Assembly (NCBI GenBank): GCA_052273085.1 | Contig: DAVZIW010000001.1 | Location: forward strand, 20,584 to 84,583 | From: Candidatus Enteromonas sp. | Lineage (GTDB): Bacteria; Bacillota_I; Bacilli_A; RFN20; CAG-826 | Direction of reading: 5' to 3' | DNA length: 64,000 nt | Part shown: positions 58,604 through 64,000 of the stretch, in pieces | Layout: each line of letters opens with the position of its first letter | How positions within the stretch are numbered: the stretch's first letter is position 1 | Made by a program: the position numbers and the translations under genes | The notes under the pieces: model-generated | What the model was told of the DNA's origin: nothing | What the model saw: only the letters and a program-made list of their open reading frames with translations | Database searches by the model: none

Positions 58604-59875
58604 ATGGGATTAAAAGAAAGAGTGCTAACTGTAGCGATTATCGGGGCAGGTTCCCGTGGGGCTGATTCTTATGGAAAAGTAATGAATGAAGACCCTAGAT
58701 ATAAAATTGTTTCCGTTTGTGATAAAAGACAAGTAAAACTAGATGCGGTTAGAGAACGTTTTGGAGTAAGTGATGATAATCTTTTTCTTGATGAAAAGGA
58801 TTTCTTTGCTAAAAAAAGAGCGGATATCTGTATCGTTGCCACCCAAGATAAAGATCATGTCCGTCACTGCATCTCTGCTTTAAAACTTGGTTATGATGTT
58901 CTTCTAGAAAAACCAATCACAGATTCAAAAGAAGAATGTGAAAAACTTCTTGCTACCCAAAAACAATATGGTGGCAAAGTCGTTGTTTGCCATGTACTTA
59001 GATATGCACAGGCCTTCTTGGCAGCTTCCAAGATAATTGACGAAGGCAAGATAGGGAAATTAATAGATATCCAGGCAATTGAACAAGTCGCTTTCTGGCA
59101 TCAAGCCCATAGTTATGTGCGTGGAAATTGGAGAAGAAGCGAAGATACTTCTCCGATGATTATGGCTAAATGCTGTCATGATATGGACTTACTACAATTC
59201 TATGCAAAATCTAAATTCAAGACTGTTTCATCTATTGGAAGTCTTAGTTTCTTTAAAAAGGAAAACCAACCAAAAGGTGCAGCTGATCATTGCAAAGATT
59301 GCCCTTACTTACATAGTTGCCCATATAGTGCCGAAAAGATTTATGTTGATTGGTGGATTAGAGACGGACGTCCAAAGACTATGTGGCCAATGAATGTAGT
59401 TTGCAGTGATGAAACTCTTGCTGAAGAAGGAATAAGGAAAGCATATGAAAACGGACCTTACGGACGTTGCGTATTTGCTTGCGATAATGATGTAGTCGAT
59501 CATCAAGAAACCAATATTCTTTTTGAAAATGGAGTTACTGCTAATTTATGCATGACTGCTTTTACTGGCGATGCAGGACGTATCTATAGATTCCATGGCA
59601 GTATGGGTGAATTAGATTTAAACGAAGAGAAACAATGCTTAGTCTTGAAAGCATATGATAAGCCAACTGAAATAATTCCATTCAAGGCTCTTCCTGATGT
59701 TTCTGGAGGACACGGTGGCGGAGATTCTGGATTAGTAAACGCCTTATATGATGTCGTTACTGGTAAAAAGGAAGCAAGCACCGCATTAGAAAGCTCATTA
59801 GAATCCCACTTGATGGCTATTGCCGCTGAAGAAAGTAGACTTCAAGATGGAAAGATGATTAAAAGAGGAGAATAG
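58604..59875 (+). CDS. Gfo/Idh/MocA family NAD(P)-dependent oxidoreductase
   Basis: The Rossmann N-terminus LTVAIIGAGSRGADSYGKV, the LLEKPI motif and the overall 423-aa architecture fit the family. GGAGG Shine-Dalgarno. Confidence 0.85.
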   Translation: MGLKERVLTVAIIGAGSRGADSYGKVMNEDPRYKIVSVCDKRQVKLDAVRERFGVSDDNLFLDEKDFFAKKRADICIVATQDKDHVRHCISALKLGYDVLLEKPITDSKEECEKLLATQKQYGGKVVVCHVLRYAQAFLAASKIIDEGKIGKLIDIQAIEQVAFWHQAHSYVRGNWRRSEDTSPMIMAKCCHDMDLLQFYAKSKFKTVSSIGSLSFFKKENQPKGAADHCKDCPYLHSCPYSAEKIYVDWWIRDGRPKTMWPMNVVCSDETLAEEGIRKAYENGPYGRCVFACDNDVVDHQETNILFENGVTANLCMTAFTGDAGRIYRFHGSMGELDLNEEKQCLVLKAYDKPTEIIPFKALPDVSGGHGGGDSGLVNALYDVVTGKKEASTALESSLESHLMAIAAEESRLQDGKMIKRGE

Positions 59876-59883
59876 ACTAAAAG

Positions 59884-59916
59884 AGAGCCGTGTCTAAAAA
59901 ACTGGCTCTTTTTTTG
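59884..59916 (+). terminator. intrinsic terminator after the oxidoreductase gene
   Basis: AGAGCC, a 14-nt loop and GGCTCT followed by TTTTTTTG. Confidence 0.65.
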
Positions 59917-59958
59917 ACGACAATAATGATAAAATGGTGGACGGAGAGGTGCTGATCA

Positions 59959-60213
59959 ATGCATTATATTGCCACGGAAGTAAGGTTTTTAGAAGACGTA
60001 ACTATTGAGGTGACTTTTCAAGATGGGAAAGTCGTCAAGTATGATATGTCTTCAATGTTTTCTAAGTATCCTCAGTTAATAGAGTTGAAGAAAAATCGTA
60101 AACTTTTCGAGAGCGGACATCTTGACCCAGGGGGATATAGCGTTGTTTGGAATGATGAATTGGATTTTGATGCTACAAGCATCTATGAAAATGGCATGAT
60201 TGTAAAAAAATAG
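59959..60213 (+). CDS. DUF2442-like small protein (orphan)
   Basis: 84 aa. The C-terminal GGYSVVWNDELDFDATSIYENG matches my recollection of the DUF2442 G..I.W.DG.D.....LY pattern. GGAGAGGTG Shine-Dalgarno. Confidence 0.5.
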   Translation: MHYIATEVRFLEDVTIEVTFQDGKVVKYDMSSMFSKYPQLIELKKNRKLFESGHLDPGGYSVVWNDELDFDATSIYENGMIVKK

Positions 60214-60425
60214 ACAAGATTGTTTTAATGGTCGAGAGTTGTAACGAAGCGATGTCTATAATCTTCTAATGACTTTTCAAATTAAATGAATATAATAATC
60301 TTCGTCGATAAAGTTCGATGTATTTACCTAGATTTAACAGAACACGTGTGATTGGCTGTTAACAATCACTAGGCAAAATTAATGATAACAAGCTCTATTT
60401 GCCTACTTCTTAGGGAGGCTTTTTA

Positions 60426-61607
60426 ATGAAAAAGAACGATTTCGCTGCCTTTATAGCTTATGTCCTAATGTTCGGGGTTGCTATTTTTGTTGGTCTAGTT
60501 TGGATAAGACCTATAGTTTCTAATGTTGGTAACTCATTGCCAATCAATTCCATATTGCTAGTATTTATTGGAATTGTAGCAGGCATCTTATTAAATTCCG
60601 TTTTAATGGAATTAGGTCATTTATTAGGGGCTAGAGTAGGCAAATATAGGGTTGTTTATTGGTCAATCTTAGGTTTAGGGGTCAAAACTACTAAAGAAGG
60701 CAAAAAGAAATTTGGATATGTTAAGTTTGATGGATTAACTGGAGAAACAAAAGTTACCCCTAAGGATAAAGAAAAATCTAGATTAGGTGCTTATATTTCT
60801 TTCCCAATATTGTTCTATCTTATCGAACTTATTATTTTGGTTGTTTTGTTCTCAGTCGGTGCTAACTTAGCTAAAAAAACACCTAGTTTTGGCTGGATCC
60901 AAATCATTTCATTAGTAATTTTGACTGTCGGGGGAATGATAATAATTTATGATTACCTTCCATTTAGATTAGATTCTATAACTGATGGCTATTTAATGAT
61001 GCTTCTATCTAAGCCAGTTAATAAAGTTGCCTATAACAACATGCTTCTAGCAGAAGAATCTAGTTTATTAGGAATAGAACTTCCTGATATTCCAGTTTAT
61101 GATGAAGTAACCGATTTTACTTATGTCTTAAATAACGTAACCGTGTATTCATTATTATCAAAAGGATCGATAAAAGATGCTATAAAGATATTAGATAAGG
61201 CTATTAATTCAGAAAAAGGTTTATCTAAATCATTAATCAGAGAAGCAAAGACTTTCAAATTATCATTGTTATTTACCTATGCCTTCCCTCAAGGAAAGGA
61301 ACTTTATGATTCCTTCGAAGATGAAGATAGGAAATATATCTCATCCATTTCCACTCCTTCTGCCTTAAGATGCTATTTATTAGTATCTGGATTAATCGAA
61401 GATAGCGAAACCGAGGCTAATTTTGCTATCGATAAGACTGATAAAGTTTATAAAGGCGTTGCTAGCAATGTTGCTCCTATTGAAAAGAAGTTATTAGAAG
61501 AATCCGTTGCCTTAGTTAAACAAAAGCACCCATCTTGGTCTTTATATGATTTACCTTGGGATATAAAAAAGGAAAAAGAAGAAGATTCCAACAAGAAAAA
61601 TAAATAA
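60426..61607 (+). CDS. membrane protein with a degenerate zincin-like motif (MELGH in a TM helix) plus a C-terminal soluble domain
   Basis: 393 aa with about 4 TMs in the first 190 aa. SVLMELGHLLGA resembles HExxH of intramembrane M50/DUF3267 peptidases, but the first His is replaced by Met. GGGAGG Shine-Dalgarno. Confidence 0.55.
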   Translation: MKKNDFAAFIAYVLMFGVAIFVGLVWIRPIVSNVGNSLPINSILLVFIGIVAGILLNSVLMELGHLLGARVGKYRVVYWSILGLGVKTTKEGKKKFGYVKFDGLTGETKVTPKDKEKSRLGAYISFPILFYLIELIILVVLFSVGANLAKKTPSFGWIQIISLVILTVGGMIIIYDYLPFRLDSITDGYLMMLLSKPVNKVAYNNMLLAEESSLLGIELPDIPVYDEVTDFTYVLNNVTVYSLLSKGSIKDAIKILDKAINSEKGLSKSLIREAKTFKLSLLFTYAFPQGKELYDSFEDEDRKYISSISTPSALRCYLLVSGLIEDSETEANFAIDKTDKVYKGVASNVAPIEKKLLEESVALVKQKHPSWSLYDLPWDIKKEKEEDSNKKNK

Positions 61608-61701
61608 AAAAGCCAAACTAAAGCGGTATTTTTCCACTTCGATTCGACTTTTTACTTTCCTTTATCTTCTTTAATATTTACCTAAGGCGGTTTATATATT
61701 T

Positions 61702-63054
61702 ATGAATAAGAAGATAGAACCTACACTTCCATTAGAAGAAAAAGATATAAAGAAAGAAGAAGCTCTTCCTGATCCTGATTTAAAAGAGGATTATGTCGAA
61801 CTAAAGCATGTAAATAAAGTTTATAACAAGAAAGTACATGCAGTTATTGATTTCAATTTAAAGATAAGAAAGAAGGAATTCGTTGTTTTTGTCGGTCCTT
61901 CTGGATGTGGTAAATCCACTACTTTAAGAATGATTGCGGGTTTAGAAGATATTTCTAGCGGCGAGCTTTATATAAATGGTGAATATTGTAATGATCTTTC
62001 TTCTAAAGATAGAGATATAGCCATGGTATTCCAAAGCTATTCGCTTTATCCAAATATGACTGTATTTGATAATCTTGCTTTCTCTTTAAAAGTAAGGCAT
62101 CTACCTAAAGAAGAAATAGAAACAAGAGTTCATGAAGCTGCTAAAATCCTAGAAATAGAAGAATATTTACAAAGAAAGCCAAAGGAATTATCCGGTGGAC
62201 AAAGGCAAAGAGTAGCCTTGGGTAGAGCAATTGTAAGGAACGCTAGATTATTCCTTATGGATGAACCTCTTTCTAATCTAGACGCGAAATTAAGGGTTAC
62301 GATGAGAAGCGAAATCATTCGTCTTCATAAAGCCATCGGGGCCACTACTGTTTATGTTACCCATGACCAAATAGAAGCCATGACCATGGCGGACCGTATC
62401 GTTGTCATGAAGAAAGGCTATATCCAACAAATCGGAACCCCTGCCGAAATATATAGACATCCATCTAATCTATTTGTTGCAACATTTATCGGTTCTCCTG
62501 CAATGAATGTTTTAGAAGCTAAATACGATAACGGGGTCGTTATTTTTAACGATGGAAAGAAGATTAAACTAACTAAAGAACAAATCAAGATCCATGATGA
62601 TTTCTATAAAGCTGAACTAGTTAGACAAAACGAAGCACTTCCTCTAGCCAAGGAATTATTAACTAGACAAAACGAATTAAAAACCAGTCAAAAGAAATTG
62701 TTCAAAAAGAAAGAAGAACCAATCGATATTGAAAATCATGAATATATCTTGGCCTTAAAAGAACATATTGCTAACTTAGAAGAAGTTAATAAAGGCAAGA
62801 GCCATCCAATATTATTTGGTATCCGTCCGGAAGATATCGTTCCTAATGAAGAAACTGATTCGTTCGAATCTAAGATTAGTTTAAGCGAACTTCTTGGCGA
62901 CCAATCGTATGTCCATTTCGATTTCGGCGGGAAAGACATGTTATCTAAGGTTTCTTCCGAATTAGATATTAAAGAAAGGGCTGTTATGAAGTTCGGCTTC
63001 AAAGAAAATAAGGTCCACTTATTCGATAGTTGGACTGAAAAGACAATATTCTAA
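61702..63054 (+). CDS. sugar-import type ABC ATPase (MalK/MsmK/MsmX-like), orphan of permease genes
   Basis: Walker [11 protein letters not shown]-loop, signature [16 protein letters not shown], Walker [13 protein letters not shown] and a MalK-type C-terminal regulatory domain with a ~100-aa insertion. It also has a ~35-aa N-terminal extension. Confidence 0.85.
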   Translation: MNKKIEPTLPLEEKDIKKEEALPDPDLKEDYVELKHVNKVYNKKVHAVIDFNLKIRKKEFVVFVGPSGCGKSTTLRMIAGLEDISSGELYINGEYCNDLSSKDRDIAMVFQSYSLYPNMTVFDNLAFSLKVRHLPKEEIETRVHEAAKILEIEEYLQRKPKELSGGQRQRVALGRAIVRNARLFLMDEPLSNLDAKLRVTMRSEIIRLHKAIGATTVYVTHDQIEAMTMADRIVVMKKGYIQQIGTPAEIYRHPSNLFVATFIGSPAMNVLEAKYDNGVVIFNDGKKIKLTKEQIKIHDDFYKAELVRQNEALPLAKELLTRQNELKTSQKKLFKKKEEPIDIENHEYILALKEHIANLEEVNKGKSHPILFGIRPEDIVPNEETDSFESKISLSELLGDQSYVHFDFGGKDMLSKVSSELDIKERAVMKFGFKENKVHLFDSWTEKTIF

Positions 63055-63959
63055 TTATTGAAGAAAGATAATTTTATCCAATTGGATTTAGTCGTATTTG
63101 ATTTAATAAGCAATTCAACTTTATTTTCTGGATCTATTTCAGGTTCAAGGACAAAACAAGAGAATTGCTTTTCTTTTTGGTTATTTAATCCTATAACCCC
63201 AACCGGAGCAGAATCTAGATATATTAACGCGCTAGGAAAAGAAGAATCAATTTCTAGGGCACATCCTTTATCTTCTATTCTTATAGGATAACTAACTCCT
63301 TTAAGATAATGACCCCGTGTAGTTAAATTCTCTTTTTCTACATAGGTTTTCTTTAATAATTTTGGCTTTTTAAAATCAAACGCTTCACTTACTTTGCTAA
63401 ATCCTTTGATGCTTAAATCACCATTTAAAATAGATACTTCTTTTGCATTTATTCTAGCCTTTAAATTCCTAACATCTTCTTCTAGGAAATTAAAATATGA
63501 ATGCAAAGATAAAGAAGCGTATGTATCTTCTTTTGCTTCTATCTGGTATTGAATTAATATCTCCCCATTTTCATTAACTTTATAGGTAACTATATATTTG
63601 CAATGGTTCCCATAGAAAGTTTCTTCTTTGTCTAGATTTAATCTAAATTCTATTTGGAAATCGTCTTCATTTATTGAATACGTATATTCAAATTCCATAA
63701 AGGAAATTGAATTAATTCCCCCATGGCAAATAACTTCATTATTTAATTTATATCTTCCTGCGATTGGTCCAAGTGTCTTCCCATAAAATCCTTTTGAATC
63801 AAGGAATATGGATTTGTCTAATGGAGAGAAAAACCATTCGTGGCCTTTATATGAATATGAATAAATAGAAGCCCCGTTTGAACAAAAGCAAATCCTAAAA
63901 TTATTCCCTTCATACGTGATGAAATCGGAATTATTTATCTTTTCAATATTTATAGACAT
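63051..63959 (-). CDS. aldose 1-epimerase family protein
   Basis: 302 aa with a mutarotase-like beta-sandwich (GGINSISF..., HSYFNF, ...). It converges on and overlaps the ABC ATPase stop. Confidence 0.65.
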   Translation of the reverse strand: MSINIEKINNSDFITYEGNNFRICFCSNGASIYSYSYKGHEWFFSPLDKSIFLDSKGFYGKTLGPIAGRYKLNNEVICHGGINSISFMEFEYTYSINEDDFQIEFRLNLDKEETFYGNHCKYIVTYKVNENGEILIQYQIEAKEDTYASLSLHSYFNFLEEDVRNLKARINAKEVSILNGDLSIKGFSKVSEAFDFKKPKLLKKTYVEKENLTTRGHYLKGVSYPIRIEDKGCALEIDSSFPSALIYLDSAPVGVIGLNNQKEKQFSCFVLEPEIDPENKVELLIKSNTTKSNWIKLSFFNN

Positions 63960-64000
63960 ATTTTAACGGGTTTCTTATTTATTCTTTTCTTCCCATTCCT

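Noticed and set aside
1-64000. Search for CRISPR arrays, tRNA/rRNA genes, transposases or integrases
   Set aside because: No regularly spaced direct repeats, no GTTCGAATC-type T-arm motifs in intergenic regions, and no DDE/tyrosine-recombinase-like ORFs were seen. The direct repeats in the LRR gene are codon-level protein repeats, not CRISPR repeats.

Overview
The window is about 64 kb of a low-GC (roughly one-third GC) Firmicutes/Mollicutes-like chromosome and spans the replication origin. It uses the standard bacterial code: TGA acts as a stop in the ATGA overlaps of pth/mfd and rnmV/tatD, and Shine-Dalgarno sites are present. The core of the window is a long run of housekeeping genes on the minus strand (rpsR-ssb-rpsF, lysS, glyA, two ABC exporter genes plus marR, dusB, ftsH-tilS-S4-mfd-pth, glmU'-ispE-rsmA-rnmV-tatD-mnmE-jag-yidC-rnpA-rpmH). 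The plus-strand origin cluster follows (oriC DnaA boxes, dnaA-dnaN-yaaA-recF-gyrB-gyrA, serS, SRP RNA, tadA). By eye there are no rRNA or tRNA genes, no CRISPR array and no transposase or integrase. Two non-coding or small features that the ORF track misses were found: rpmH (45 codons) and the small SRP RNA (ffs) between serS and tadA. Several ORF-track starts are N-terminally over-extended and were corrected from Shine-Dalgarno position and homology (dnaA, gyrB, tadA, the LRR lipoprotein, one ABC half-transporter, marR, the ABC-FtsX fusion). Accessory or unusual content is concentrated in three places. First, a GC-elevated, heavily structured 440-bp non-coding stretch at 13.25-13.69 kb carries an exact 11-bp inverted repeat, a duplicated ~24-bp unit and a terminator, and is followed by an orphan DUF6088/AbiEi-like gene. 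Second, a translationally coupled block at 49.5-56.5 kb joins a giant ABC-FtsX fusion, a P-type ATPase, PsuG and a TetR regulator. Third, 56.5-64 kb holds a BspA-type LRR lipoprotein with a Cys/His-rich repeat module, an orphan DUF2442 gene, a membrane protein with a degenerate zincin motif, and an orphan MsmK-like ATPase. Further oddities are a GlmU homolog lacking its acetyltransferase half, broken canonical synteny (mnmE abutting tatD; no mnmG, prs or rplY), a YidC with a large lipoprotein-type N-domain, a GyrA with an acidic N-terminal extension, and a TilS with a degenerate PP-loop. I could not tie any of these to a named novel defense or mobile system. The structured RNA-like region plus the AbiEi-like orphan is the best candidate for something undescribed.
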